Positions 19,100 to 32,328 of a stretch of 64,000 nucleotides of DNA are shown here, piece after piece. Position 1 is the first letter of the stretch, and every line of letters starts with the position of its first letter. The notes below the pieces were generated by a model. That model was not told where the DNA came from. It did no database searches and was given only the letters and a program-made list of their open reading frames with translations. A program made the position numbers and the translations under genes. The DNA lies in assembly GCA_023334545.1 (NCBI GenBank), contig JAADVB010000077.1, positions 1-64,000 of the forward strand, in the 5' to 3' direction. Source of the stretch: Salisapilia sapeloensis CBS 127946 (Eukaryota; Protista; Oomycota).

Positions 19100-20482
19100 T
19101 AAACGAAAAGCTCGTTCATGCCAGGTGGATCACCTCGATTTGGATCAGGTCGATATCCACCAGCAGCGGGCGGATCATCAGTAGATTCTAAAGAGATAAA
19201 TGTAAATACACTTCTTCGCAAATGCAACCACTACCTTGTAGAATTTTGCTGCGGTATTTCGTTGTAAACTGGAAAGCTCAATTGTCTTGTGCACCACTTG
19301 TATCGGTCTCTTGAGATAAGTGTTGAAGAAGGATTACATCCGTGTTAGCCTGAATACCAAAAACACTCAAGGAAGCGTCGTGCTTGCAACCGCGACAATC
19401 GAATTGAGTAGCGGCGAGATACTTGCAAAAGTAATGATGGCGGACAGAGTAGGATAGAGAGGTGGAAGTGACAGTGACTGTGCCTGATGGATAATGCTAG
19501 CGACAGCACTTGCCTTTACGGATTCAGTATAAGCTGTGGATGACGACGATGCGATATACTCTTCCTTGCAAACAGAGGTCTCACCAAGTTGCGTGTCAAT
19601 CTTTACGCTACCAAGAGTCAAAATAAAGAAGCTTGGGCTACGAGTTTGAAGGTACAACGTATCGTCTGATGTGGAATTGTACAAGGTCCTATCTTGGTCA
19701 TGCAAAGGGACAATCGTCGACAATATCATCGTAGCTGTCGATGTCAAGCCAGATGAAGATTTCCGACAGCGAGCTACCAACGGTTCTTCCTGCTTGAATC
19801 CCATTGATCTGTCGGATGGGCATTTGCAATTTCCCCGACGTACGATTTCCGGCACAACTGCACTACAATGGCACCCTCGAAAGATCAGCACTCGAATGTG
19901 TGCCTCCTTTTAAGCCGTTACGTGCCTATCACATGACTGTCTGCGCCGAAGCGTAGTCTACACGTCGAGTCCATCCGCATCCTTTTTCGTCGGCAAAGAA
20001 CTGGTAGATTACAAGTAATCCTGGTAGTCTTTTTGCCACAATTTAGTGTTCAACTCGGTAACAATCAGATAGTTCCTACCGTAATGGTTCTGTCCTCATT
20101 GTAGATAGTTTTGCTGAACTGCTTTGCCTACGTAAAGTTGAGATTCGAAGCCATCGTACTGAAAAGACATATCGGAGACGATTCGAGCTACCACGCTTTG
20201 CTCGCGAACTAATTTTTGTCGATTGCACTACCTTGGACGGCAGGCAATGGACTAAGTACTCATGACAAGGAGGCGGCGTTTGTTACTTACACAGATGCCA
20301 AGACTTAGATTGGTCCAGTCCATCGACCACGCGGGGCTTATGTCATTGTTCGACCGGTCGTAAGTCTCGACAAGATTGAATGAGCCCAAGTAATGTATAT
20401 GGTTGTTCATCGTCACGAGCGCTTTGGATCCCAGCTGGATGAAGAGATTTAGCAACCGGTCTAGTGCATTGACGAGCGGCAT
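19100..20482 (-). CDS. Possible multi-exon hypothetical gene (structure unresolved)
   Basis: Protein-like ORF fragments 20252-20482 (contains a GTAAGT donor after LSLGIC) and 19367-19891, plus CTAAC/YAG signals. No family recognised. Confidence 0.25.
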
Positions 20483-20626
20483 TAAATCTGGGTCCCAGCG
20501 TGTGGTCGAGCGGTGACGCCACTTTTCACCCTCCTTCCACTATTGTTTTTTCTCCGTGACTTTCTGTCGCGCCTTCGTTTGCCTCGTTTTAGTTTCGTCC
20601 ATTAGTCTCTTTTCCCTTCATCCAAC

Positions 20627-22090
20627 ATGGCACCGTTGTTTCCACTACCAAAAGGGTACTTTGGCGATGTCGAGATCACACCGGAGTATGCGAGCCAGCT
20701 ACGGCGGTCACGCGATATGGAAGTCGCGTCCTGTCTTCGGGACGAACAAGCTTTCGTCCACCAACGGAAATGCAAAGTCGATGAAGGCAAGTGGAAGTCC
20801 GTGATGCAAAAGCAGAACATGTATGTCTACCAGCGCAAAGGTTTCGCCGCCAACTCAATGGAGCTAGGCCACCCGACCTTCTTTGCCCATGGCCGGGTAG
20901 AAGGCACGGTGGAAGACCTGATATACGGATCCTACGACTCGACGCACGAGCAGACACAAATCACCAACACCTTTCTGGACATGAGTACCAAGGACTGCAC
21001 GGTCCTCGCCAACGTCGAGATGGACGAAGTGGAGGATGACCCGTTCCACTACCTTGGTGTCAAGTGGCTCGTGACCAAGTTTCCAGGTCTCGTCGTCGCC
21101 ATGCGTGACTGGTGTTTCATCGAGGCAAGCGGCATCCGGTACGATGATCAAGGCCGGAGGTATGGTTTCTTCTACGTCCTGTCGGTGGAGCACCCTAGCT
21201 GTCCTCCATTCGAAAGCAAGAAGGTGATCCGTGGACGAGTAAATTATGGCTTTATCTATCGCGATGCTGGAAACGGCATTTGCGATGTCTACGCTCAAGG
21301 CACGGTCGATCCTGCTGGCTCCATGTTCTCTCAACTCATCGTCATCGCGACGGCAGAAATGCTGACCGGTATGTTCCGCTCCGTGGCCTGTGCCGAAGCG
21401 AAGAAGCTGACCATCTTGGCGTTGTCGAATCGTGACACCCAGTCCCACCGTGCTTCCTCGTCGAAATGTAATCTCTGTGATAGTAAGGATGGTATGCGAA
21501 AGCGCTTGAAGCCGTGTCGTGTATGCAAGCAGCCCGTGTGTCAAAACTGTCGCGTGAAGAAAAGCTTGTTTGTCGGTCGACACAATGCTGTCGAGCGATG
21601 CTACTGCTGTCAGAACTGCATCATCCAAGTGAAGAAAATGAATGTCCGGCCAGCACAGCCCGAGTTTTCGATCCTCGGCGCCAAAGTACTAAGCGATCAA
21701 GAGAAGTCACGAAGCATGCTGTTTAAAGACAGTGCTAGTTCGTCTCGTGAGAATTCGATGATGTACCTTTCACAGGACGACAGCGTCTCGTCCAGTAGCT
21801 CGTACACAGAGCCAAGTAACCGATACGAGTCCACGGTGGACTCGGACGCAGAGATGGAATCTGCACTCGCTGCTTACGTCCAGAAGAAGGGCAAGGTTGT
21901 GGAAGTAGAAGAGAATCCTAATGCGGTGGAAGTGTACGGTGTACCTCCGAGTCCGCAAGTCAGTGGAAACCCAGCCGACAAATACATCTTGTATCGACAA
22001 ATGCTTGCTTTGCAAAGTAAGGTGCAAGATGCGTACGATACGACGAAAGCGAATGAGCGAGCGATGCACCACCCGACAGACCTGGACTAA
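20627..22090 (+). CDS. Oomycete START-like + FYVE-like zinc-finger protein
   Basis: Family-typical N-terminus (FPLP..YF..V.I), START-like region (G.VEGTVEDLIYG; RDWCFIEASG; SVEHPSCP; VIRGRV), then CxxC..CRVC..VCQNC..CxxC. Confidence 0.85.
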   Translation: MAPLFPLPKGYFGDVEITPEYASQLRRSRDMEVASCLRDEQAFVHQRKCKVDEGKWKSVMQKQNMYVYQRKGFAANSMELGHPTFFAHGRVEGTVEDLIYGSYDSTHEQTQITNTFLDMSTKDCTVLANVEMDEVEDDPFHYLGVKWLVTKFPGLVVAMRDWCFIEASGIRYDDQGRRYGFFYVLSVEHPSCPPFESKKVIRGRVNYGFIYRDAGNGICDVYAQGTVDPAGSMFSQLIVIATAEMLTGMFRSVACAEAKKLTILALSNRDTQSHRASSSKCNLCDSKDGMRKRLKPCRVCKQPVCQNCRVKKSLFVGRHNAVERCYCCQNCIIQVKKMNVRPAQPEFSILGAKVLSDQEKSRSMLFKDSASSSRENSMMYLSQDDSVSSSSSYTEPSNRYESTVDSDAEMESALAAYVQKKGKVVEVEENPNAVEVYGVPPSPQVSGNPADKYILYRQMLALQSKVQDAYDTTKANERAMHHPTDLD

Positions 22091-22114
22091 GACGAAACAG
22101 TGAATGGACACTTG

Positions 22115-22139
22115 GATTTGATTTGATTGGATTTGATTT
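22115..22139. repeat. (GATTT)5 imperfect microsatellite in a convergent 3' spacer
   Basis: GATTT GATTT GATTG GATTT GATTT read directly from the sequence. Confidence 0.85.
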
Positions 22140-22228
22140 AAAAGCAAGAAAATGTGATTTTCGTCCAGACGTGCGATCGATGAACATGGCAAGTGGTTTG
22201 AATTTGTATTTTCATTAGAAGCATTGGC

Positions 22229-23596
22229 TTACATGGCCATACGAGTGGCGAATAGCATGAAAATCGTCATAAAGATCGAAGAAGAGATCGACGTCGCGAC
22301 GTCCGAATCGTCATCGGAGGAGCTTGTATCTAAGATAATCAGTTGCTGCGACTGCGACTTGTCTTCAGCTTCCTTGGCAGTATCCTCTGCGGACCCTTCA
22401 ATGACGCCAGAAGCTGTCATGTCTACCATGTGTGGCGTAGACTGCCACTTGACCGGTTTTGCTGGACGACTGAAGGTACAATCATCTGTGGAGTCGACGC
22501 CCAAGTGGACACAGGCATCGCCGAACACTTCACCAAACGACTCTGCCACTTCATCGTCAAAGAAGTACTTGAATAACGAACCAAGCTTAGAGCTTTCCAT
22601 GCACGTATCCTTTTTAAAAAGCTTGCGGACATCCGGGTTTTCCCCGCGACGTACGAATGGAATACTCGCCGCATATTGTGCTAGTTTCTCGAGCGAGACG
22701 ACGCATCCAGATAGAGTTGAATCGGTCGAATCGATCTGCTCATCCTGGGTATTGACATAGGTCTCGCCTTCAGCAGCCAGACACATCTGATCGTCTGGTA
22801 TTTGCAGCATTTGCAAGATCGAGCCAGCGAATGACTTGAAATCGTCACCGCCTTGGAGCATCGCTTGGACGATCGAGTAGCCACAACGCACGTCGCCTTG
22901 ATCTGTGCTCTGCGTCGGACAAACGACATCGCCCATCATCTGCACCATGCTTGCAATTTGGCCTGAAATTGAATACCCAAAGTCATTTTGGGCGGAATTG
23001 AGCCACCCTGCACAGCATCCGTCGGAGTGTTTCGCTCGTACGACAGCAAGGGAAGGCAGCATCTGAGAGCTGAGGCACGGGACGACTTCTGGTACCATCA
23101 GATTGCAGAATTGGTCGACTTCATCATTGCTGGTATTGGCCAACACTTTGAGCGTGTTCATGACACCATCGACACCACTTGGGGCGTTTTCGTCGAGGTA
23201 GGCTTTCGTAAGAAGGTCATATATGGTGCTCACGAAGGGCACCTCGGAGATATTGTAAATGGAACTGCAAAGCTCCGTGTCTAGACCTCGTTGTAATGTT
23301 TCTGCTAGAACGGTACCATTCATGTGAGCGATACAAGTACCAGCTTCTTCATTAAAGACTAGTCTTCCTGGTATCGAGTCCGTGAATACAGCCAAGATAG
23401 TCGCGACGTTATCTTTCCCAAATGCCTCGGTCATTGGTGGTACCACAGGCGCTTTCGGGTCCGACAAGCTGGAGGTACAATGGCCTGGATTTACCGAGCT
23501 GCTGTCTTCGAAATCGTACAGACCACGAGCCTCCGGCAAGGCTGCGAACGGCGAGAGGACAGCGACACACGCTAGTAGAACACTTTTCATGTACAT
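22229..23596 (-). CDS. Secreted, probably GPI-anchored cysteine-rich protein
   Basis: Signal peptide MKSVLLACVAVLSPFAALPEARG, 14 Cys in the mature region, Ser/Asp-rich linker and hydrophobic C-terminus. Confidence 0.85.
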   Translation of the reverse strand: MYMKSVLLACVAVLSPFAALPEARGLYDFEDSSSVNPGHCTSSLSDPKAPVVPPMTEAFGKDNVATILAVFTDSIPGRLVFNEEAGTCIAHMNGTVLAETLQRGLDTELCSSIYNISEVPFVSTIYDLLTKAYLDENAPSGVDGVMNTLKVLANTSNDEVDQFCNLMVPEVVPCLSSQMLPSLAVVRAKHSDGCCAGWLNSAQNDFGYSISGQIASMVQMMGDVVCPTQSTDQGDVRCGYSIVQAMLQGGDDFKSFAGSILQMLQIPDDQMCLAAEGETYVNTQDEQIDSTDSTLSGCVVSLEKLAQYAASIPFVRRGENPDVRKLFKKDTCMESSKLGSLFKYFFDDEVAESFGEVFGDACVHLGVDSTDDCTFSRPAKPVKWQSTPHMVDMTASGVIEGSAEDTAKEAEDKSQSQQLIILDTSSSDDDSDVATSISSSIFMTIFMLFATRMAM

Positions 23597-23940
23597 TTGA
23601 GCTTATGCTTGACCACTTCTGAATGACTAAGGTACTAAAGAGTGGAGACGGAGGACTACGTCAAGTCAGGCCTTTGTTTCGACAAGTCACTCGAGCGTAA
23701 TGGTTTTTTCGCAGGCCACTGACTTTCCCGTCCAACCTGTATACAAGGAGATGTGTTACCTGGACAGCAGGTAGCCACCATACGTGGCCGGACTCTACCA
23801 TTCGATCAGAAACTTCGACAATGCAGATGGATTCTGCAATGCTACGACAAGAGTAGACGAATCAGATGCCGAGACACATGGTGCGGAATGACATGGCAAA
23901 GTATAAAAAGAGCAGATTCATCCATGTATCGATCTCCGCG

Positions 23941-26334
23941 TTACGCTTTCTTTTCCCTGTCTATCTCTTCTGCTAACGCGACGTAGTCCACGGGCTTTCG
24001 AGCTCGTTTTGAACGGACATTGAGCACTGATGTAGCCGTATCGCTCGGACGTTTCTCCCCACTCTCCTGCTTCGCATGCTGCTGTCGTAACTTGTTCATC
24101 AACTGCGCGTCATGCTCTGCTTCTTGCTTCACAAGTTCCATATCCCACTCTTCTGTAGTGGGTGCAATTAAAGCGCGAGCATGTGCTGCTACACTACGTG
24201 CGAATGGAGATACGATCCGTCCGTGAAAATTGTACCCACCTTCCAAGACCGAGATCAATCTTCCTTGGCAGCACGTATTCGCCACGCGACGTACATGTCC
24301 TACGAGCCATTCATAGTCCTGCTCCATTAACGACACATACCCTAAATTCACTAGCTCTTTCTTATGTGCATCAAAGCCAGCAGATAAAAAGATCAAGTCC
24401 GGATTAAAGTCGACTAGTTTCGGCAGGACTTGGTCTCGGAAGGCACTGCGCCACTTCAATCTGGATACGGCACTCCCTTCTTCACAGATGGGGAAGCCAA
24501 CGTTCCAAATAAGAGGTGGGGAGTCACAGCTACTGGCGCCAGACCCTGGGTAGAACCATACAGGCGGCTGTCCGTATGGTTGCTCCGACTGAGGTTTATG
24601 ACCGTATCCATGGACAGAGGTGAAGAAGACATTGTCTGCGTCATGTTCATTCCGCCATGGCTTGTACTGCTTCACGAATTGTTTGCCTCGACCGTACGGG
24701 GTGGCATACGACACTTCACATTCGGAAGGAAGGAGCTGACGGATGATCTCTTGCGTACCGTTGCCATGATGCACATCAAAGTCAAGAATAGCTACTTTTT
24801 CAATCGACTGACTGCCTCGACGGTATTGACTACGAGCATATGCAGCGCCAATGGCGACGTTGTTGAGAAGACAGAACCCACAGCTACCTTCTGGGTCGTT
24901 CTCACACGTAACTTTTCCCACCGGTCCTGCGTGGTGGCCAGGTGGACGGACGATGCAAAAGCTGGTCGTCGTCTGACCTGACAGGACGTCGTCTACGGCA
25001 CGACAGACTGTTCCAGCGGCTCGTTTGGCAGATTCAAACGACTGAGCAGATAATGCTGTATCATAGTCTAAAGCGTACGTTTTGTTCTCCACGGCGAGAG
25101 ATTTACATGCGCTTTGTAGCTTGTCGACGTACTCGTACTCATGGACACGTAGGATGTCGATGATATCTGCCATCGGACTATCCGAGTGCCACGAGACATG
25201 CTGTCGTTGGAATTCATTCGATCGGAGGATACCATAGATAGGATTCACTAGCGATGCGACACGTTCCAAGTTCTCGGGTGGAGGCTCCTCCCGTCCACGT
25301 TTGTAGGAAGCTAATGGGAGGTGCTGGAAACAGTCGTCATGACAGTAGATTCGCGATTGGAAGGAGGTGTCTTTCGTATCAGCAGTGCTGTCTAGGTACT
25401 GAACGATGCTCTGGTGTCCACATCGACGAGCAATATCCAAAGCAGTGAGGCCTCTGTACTCTACTGCCGAGGCGTCAAAACCATTCTTATCTACCAAGAG
25501 CTTTAGACCGTCTAGAAAACCACTTTGAGCAGCGATGTGACCTGCAGTCTCCTTTAAAGACGTGACAGTAATCGTACTTGCATGTAGTCTTTCTAATAAT
25601 GCCTTAGCTGTGTCCAATTGATGGAATTTCATAGCTAAATGTAGTGGTCGCATGCCAACTCGATTCCCTTTTTCCCATATTGCTGACATGGTTTCACCTT
25701 GATCTGTGATGTTGGCTTCTTCTTCTTTCATAAGATTGAGAAAGCACGACATGTCGAGACCGTACATGGCACAGAGGTGAAAGACAGAATTCCCTTCTTC
25801 ATCACGTTGGCGAACCTTGTCCAGCAAATGTGTCCAAAAGTCTTCTGTGAAGTTTTGAGCTTTCGCGTCAGACAACATTTGATCTAGTAGGGATACTGCA
25901 AAGGCTGGTTGAACAGCTCCCATGCGTAGGACTAAGTGTAGTAGAGGAGTGCCCAAGTCAGCGCATTTAAGACGGAGCATAGCGGTGGTGAGTGCTTCCG
26001 AGTATTGCCACAAATAGGCTGCACAGTCGATCTGAGCGTGGAGAATAGCTACATGGATGGGAATGCACCCCGTTTCGTCCTTTTCCAGCATACAGGATTC
26101 AGCGGTCATCCGTGCCGTCTCCACCCGACGTTGGTCGATAGACATGTCATCGTCCGGATCAGGACGCTCCGTCGGTTTCGGAGGAAGTACTGCTTTCAGC
26201 TTATGAATGTCTCCTTTCTCAGCAATATCGTGCAAGAAGAAGAGAGAATCCTGAAGACCTTCGTACTCGTCGTAGTCTTCATCTTCCTCCTCGCCGTCCA
26301 CCTTGCGATCCATCGTGTCTGCGCTTGTGTACAT
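23941..26334 (-). CDS. Ankyrin-repeat histone deacetylase (class II-like)
   Basis: Ankyrin repeats (GCIPIHVA, GTPLLHL, GNSVFHL, GMRPLHLA, ETAGHIAA, GLTALDIA), then HDAC motifs RPPGHHAG, GFCLLNNVA, DFDVHHGNGT, SAGFDAH and LEGGY. Confidence 0.92.
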   Translation of the reverse strand: MYTSADTMDRKVDGEEEDEDYDEYEGLQDSLFFLHDIAEKGDIHKLKAVLPPKPTERPDPDDDMSIDQRRVETARMTAESCMLEKDETGCIPIHVAILHAQIDCAAYLWQYSEALTTAMLRLKCADLGTPLLHLVLRMGAVQPAFAVSLLDQMLSDAKAQNFTEDFWTHLLDKVRQRDEEGNSVFHLCAMYGLDMSCFLNLMKEEEANITDQGETMSAIWEKGNRVGMRPLHLAMKFHQLDTAKALLERLHASTITVTSLKETAGHIAAQSGFLDGLKLLVDKNGFDASAVEYRGLTALDIARRCGHQSIVQYLDSTADTKDTSFQSRIYCHDDCFQHLPLASYKRGREEPPPENLERVASLVNPIYGILRSNEFQRQHVSWHSDSPMADIIDILRVHEYEYVDKLQSACKSLAVENKTYALDYDTALSAQSFESAKRAAGTVCRAVDDVLSGQTTTSFCIVRPPGHHAGPVGKVTCENDPEGSCGFCLLNNVAIGAAYARSQYRRGSQSIEKVAILDFDVHHGNGTQEIIRQLLPSECEVSYATPYGRGKQFVKQYKPWRNEHDADNVFFTSVHGYGHKPQSEQPYGQPPVWFYPGSGASSCDSPPLIWNVGFPICEEGSAVSRLKWRSAFRDQVLPKLVDFNPDLIFLSAGFDAHKKELVNLGYVSLMEQDYEWLVGHVRRVANTCCQGRLISVLEGGYNFHGRIVSPFARSVAAHARALIAPTTEEWDMELVKQEAEHDAQLMNKLRQQHAKQESGEKRPSDTATSVLNVRSKRARKPVDYVALAEEIDREKKA

Positions 26335-26771
26335 AACGAACTATATCAAACTATATCTACATAGGTTATAGTTTTATAAACTATATTGTTGATTGGGAGT
26401 TATATTTGCGGAGTAGTCGCCTACCAGCCTCCTCTTGACTAGGCTTGAGGAATCCGTGGCATATAGAGCAGTCTGAATCTACAGGTAGAAATATAGCTTG
26501 ATGCTGAGATGCTATAAAGGCAATGAGATCACATGTAAACAAGCATTTATCTGTTCATGATGAAGTTGAATAACCAAATACCCATGGACCCAAATAGTCA
26601 TTCCTACGAAGACATCTAACATCTTCATATCAACAAAATCAAGAGATTGGCAGCTTATGTATCATGCAAATTGCTTCAATATCTTTGAATTGCTTTCGAA
26701 ACCAACAATGGTAACCAGCATGCCATGCAAGCAAGAAAGGAAAAGAGAAAAATGAAAATCTAAGAAAAGAT

Positions 26772-29700
26772 TCACACGAGGAGACCAGTCGTCTGTCGAG
26801 CAATCGGACTACGTCCATTGGATCGGTGTGAGCTCGGGCTCTCACTAAAGTTCGAGGACCGAGACTCTTCCCGCGACATGGGATTCCGATGCTCCGCATT
26901 CGACATGGCCGCACTAGCCGACTGCACCGTATGCATCGACATGTACGACTCAGCCATCGTCGTTTGAGCGTCGTAACTGAACGCGTATCCGCCATTCGAG
27001 CGTCGCTGTGGATCACTCCGCCGTTCACTCTTGCCATCGCCCACCGGCGTGGACGACGTCAGGTACGAGTTCCCTTCGATAGCAGACAGATCCGCAGCTT
27101 CAATATCCACGTCGTTCGCTCTCTTCTTCGAGAGCACGTACTTCTCCTGGACGATCTGGTACGGCTGTGGGTAAAACCTGCGCTGGATGGCTGTCCATGC
27201 CCAGTGACGAAGGAGACAGACGCAGAGTGCGATCGGAATGACCATCCAGTAGGTTTCCTGCGTCAACGTGTTTTGGAAGACACCATAGTCATCTGGGAAC
27301 CACCCGGCCCAGTAGCTCGGGATCAAGATCGATAGAGGCAAGTAACAAATGATACCAAAGAGACACAAGAGGAGTCCTGGGACTTGCCACGACATTTGTA
27401 GTAGCGCCAGCTTGGCGTTCACGACGAGAACCACGAGCGTAAAGCAGATGAGACCGTACTGGACTCGAGGTGCACTTCCCCACGCAGACCAGTTCTCATT
27501 GAACGCAAACATGGTGAAGATGGCGATGACGCCGGATTCAAAGAACGCGCTGCAGACCCATCGGAAGAAGGTGTAGTTATTGAACAGCTCCATGTTCGGA
27601 CCGACGAGATATAGCTTCGGGAATCGTTTTCCGACTTGCCACGGCACGTCGTAGTCAAAGACACCGAGCCAAATGATCGGGAGGGACGTGTACGCGACGT
27701 TGTACAATTGGAAAGCAAACTCGCTGTAGAACTTTTGACCACTACTGCCAGTTGCGAACATGTACCAGTATTGTGCTAGGACCATCAAGATATTCTTGTA
27801 GAACATGTATCCAGTCAAGATCGACATGCGCTTGTAGTTCAAACGACCGTGATGTAGCAGTAACTTTTCCAAGAAGGCGAATTGTGCGATCGCATAGTCA
27901 CTCGAGTTCACGGCTTGCATACCTTCTTGACCACAGATACCGACACCGACATGTGCCTTTTGGATCATCGCAACGTCATTTGCACCGTCTCCAATCGACA
28001 ATGTTCTCGCCTTGGCGTTCGTCTCTCGAACGAGTGCGACGACTTCTGCTTTCTGAGAAGGAGATACACGACAGCAGACGACAGCATCACTGAGGAGAGA
28101 GAGCTGTAGGAAGGATTGACGACAGCGGTCGTCCAGTAAGGTCATTTCGAGACACTCACCGTCGATGACGACGGCCTGGCGGAAGGAATTGCTCTTTTTC
28201 TGGTCGTAGCACTCCTCCAAGTACTTGGCTAGCTGCCCTGGGGTCGAATAGAGACTGCAGTTGAGTACGATTTGCTCCATGTCATTGTCCATGAGCTGAC
28301 AAGCGTACGAGATGTTGATAGCAGTCTCCTGCTTGTCACCAGTGAGCATCCATACTTTCATGCCGGCCGTCATGAGGTTGGCGATCGTCGGAGGAACGTC
28401 CTTTTGCAATTTGTCTTCAATCGCAGTCGCACCCAGGAGTTCTAGATCCATTTCTAGCTCTTCCATGAGCTTATCGATCGCATTCTCTTCATCATTTTTC
28501 CGCTTCTCAATCTCTTCCAACGACGTCGTGGCCTCCTTGTACTTTTCACTCCATGCTCTGTACTCTTCTTCGTGCAGTTGCTTCCGAGCAACAGTTAACG
28601 TTCGAAGTCCATCGTCTCCGAACGTCTCCAAGTGCTGCATCGTGTTCTTCATCACGTCACTGTCATTCTTCTTCGATAACAGAGGATATAGGACATTATC
28701 CGCTCCTTTCGTAAGCAACCAGATCTCGCCATTCGGATACTTCGCAACGACTGACATGCGCTTTCTAGCAGAAGTGAACTCGAGTACATCCAAAAGCTCA
28801 AACTCCTGTAACTCCGACTCGGCACTCTTATCTTCCAAAAGACTCTTGTGACGAACACGCACGCGCGCGATGCCAAGTCCTCTCGATTCGAACTCAAAGC
28901 CAAAGAATTTGGCACCAGACACGAGTGCTTGTTCATCCGGAGAAGATGCCGAGAAACGGACTTCCCCTGTGTCCTCGACTGTCTCTGGGATGACCGTATG
29001 GCAGAGACCTAAATGGAGGAAGAACTCGGCTTCCTTACTGCGCTGATCGTCCTTCTCCAGCTTATCCCAGAGCTTCTTATCGTCAAAGTTCACGTATGGG
29101 ATTTTATTATGCAGTGTCTGAGCCATTGGATCCTTATCGTCTGTTTCTTCCTCTGGCACGTGGATGCCCTTACGCTTTAAAGCAGCGCGGCCGATCTCGG
29201 TCGTGCCTTTACCATAGGACACGCCATTGATACTGCACTTGCGGAACTCCATCACGTTACAAGTTAGAGTGCCTGTTTTGTCGGAGAAGATGTACGAGAT
29301 CTGTCCGAGCTCTTCGTTCAAGCCCATGGATCGAACCATCATACGAGTATCGAGTTCACCATAGTACATATCTAGATCTTGTGTCATGAAAAAGGCTTGG
29401 AAGAACATGACCATACTGATAGTGACGTAGAGAGAGACGGGGATCATTTGGTAGATGAGGAGGAAGTAGTATCCGAATCCGACAAACCACTGGGAGATGA
29501 GATTTGGATTCCAATCCAAGTACGCGTCGGCATCTCCTTGATTCGCGTTTAGCCATAGCACTTGTGTCGTCGTTGCGACGGCACAGAGGACGCATAAGAG
29601 GATGAATAGCCAGATGATCATGTTGTTCACGGTCTCGTTGATGGAACTCCACTTGGGTTCCGGTTTCGCCATACTCTGCATGATCTTCGTGTCTGAACCA

Positions 29701-30779
29701 GTGTTGATCACGAGACCGTACGCCCAGTCAGTGTTCCGGAGCTGACATCCACGCAAGAGAACGTTTTTGAGCGACACTGGGTGCGGCACAGAGGACGATT
29801 CGGAACTACCGTCTGTGACGGTCGTCGGCTTCCCCGAGTCACGATTGTCCGGCACGGCAGTAGAGTTTAGGTAGAGTGTTCCGTCGAAACGACCGATGAC
29901 CTTGTTCGGGTTCTCGCATCGGAGGTAGCCATTCAACCTCGCAGCGTCTGGCACCTGCTGTGCGTACAAGGTGGTGTCACAAGCCTGTCGGAGCTTGAGG
30001 TTGGTCTCGCCATCGAGACTCTTCGTCTCCACGTAGCAGATACCAGTCGGGTTCGATGGGTCTGCCTCGGAGACGGCGAGAATGAGCAAGTCTGCAGGAG
30101 CCGTTTGACGATTGTGGAGCTTAACGATGGATCCGACGGTCAGTTGGGACCACGGGATGGTTGCCACACCCGGATCTGACTCGACTGGTTTCATCTTCTG
30201 ACGTCCGTTTGGGTTCGTAAAAGTGTCGACGAGAACCTGACATTCGGCCGAGTTGGCTTCGTTATCCGCCCTATGCCGACGGTTGTCCTCGATGATGGCG
30301 AGGACTGCGTCGACGGCGAGGATGAACATGAGGACTGGCAAGTTGGTCGGAACACCGTTCGTATTGGAGATGATAGGGATACACTGGAGGACGGATACGA
30401 GTAGGAAGTAAGCATTCGCTAGCTAGAACAAGAGAATGAGCGAAAGGAGTACAAGTGTCCTAGATATCATAAATCATACTTTTCGGAAGGACTCGAGCAT
30501 GAAGAGTGGGAGGAAGCTCCAGGCAGTGTACTTGGACGTAATGACGACGTTGGAGCAAAAGTGGTCTGTCGAGAGCGTGTCGGCACCACTTTGTTTCGGT
30601 AGTGGCACGAGCCGATACTCTGCGTCATTCGAGCTCTTTGTCTCATCATTCGTCTCCTCTTGCTTATAGTTCGTGTCGGCATTCGCAGACGTCTGCATGC
30701 CGTTCGTGCCCGTCGTGTCCGGTTTGGAACTCGTCGAGTCTAGTCGCTGATATGGAGCCGCGTCGGCGTTTTCGTCCAT
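26772..30779 (-). CDS. P4-type phospholipid-transporting ATPase (flippase), paralog 1; exons 30480-30779 and 26772-30422
   Basis: DGET, DKTGTLT, GATAIEDKLQ, MLTGDK, GDGAND. A 57-nt phase-0 intron at 30423-30479 (GTATG..TTCTAG) joins FMLESFRK to LANAYFLL. Confidence 0.95.
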
Positions 30780-31194
30780 AGACAAAACTCAGGTACTCTG
30801 GCCTTATATTCCGACAGACACTACCTGTATAACGGTATAGAAGGTAGCGAGACGGACGATTGCGATAAGGCACAAGTGACTGCCAGAAAGTGGTCTTCTC
30901 GGTACGGAACTGGGCTTTGGTCGTTTTCGCACCTGATGCTCGGAACTGACGTACTTTTAGACAACACATGAAATTGTACACCATCCGGAAGATAATTTAC
31001 ACCCATTACTTGATCTTGTCAAAAGACTAGAATAAAGTATACCATGATTTCCTTCTTTATTAAGTGCATTGATGATACTAGTAAAGTGGGATGGGAGGTA
31101 TCCTCGAAGTAAACATAAACACGTTCGAACATTCGGATGCTGCCAAGTGCAAGTAGGTCGCGTGTCCTTGCGAACGGCATCGAAAATGCAGTGA

Positions 31195-32277
<1,083 letters not shown>

Positions 32278-32328
32278 CTTGAAAAGAAAATCAATATCAT
32301 TTTGAAAGAAGGGAAGTAAGATTCATAT

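Noticed and set aside
26339-26407. Repeated AACTATAT motif upstream of the HDAC gene
   Set aside because: Short AT-rich motif in an AT-rich patch; cannot be separated from low complexity.
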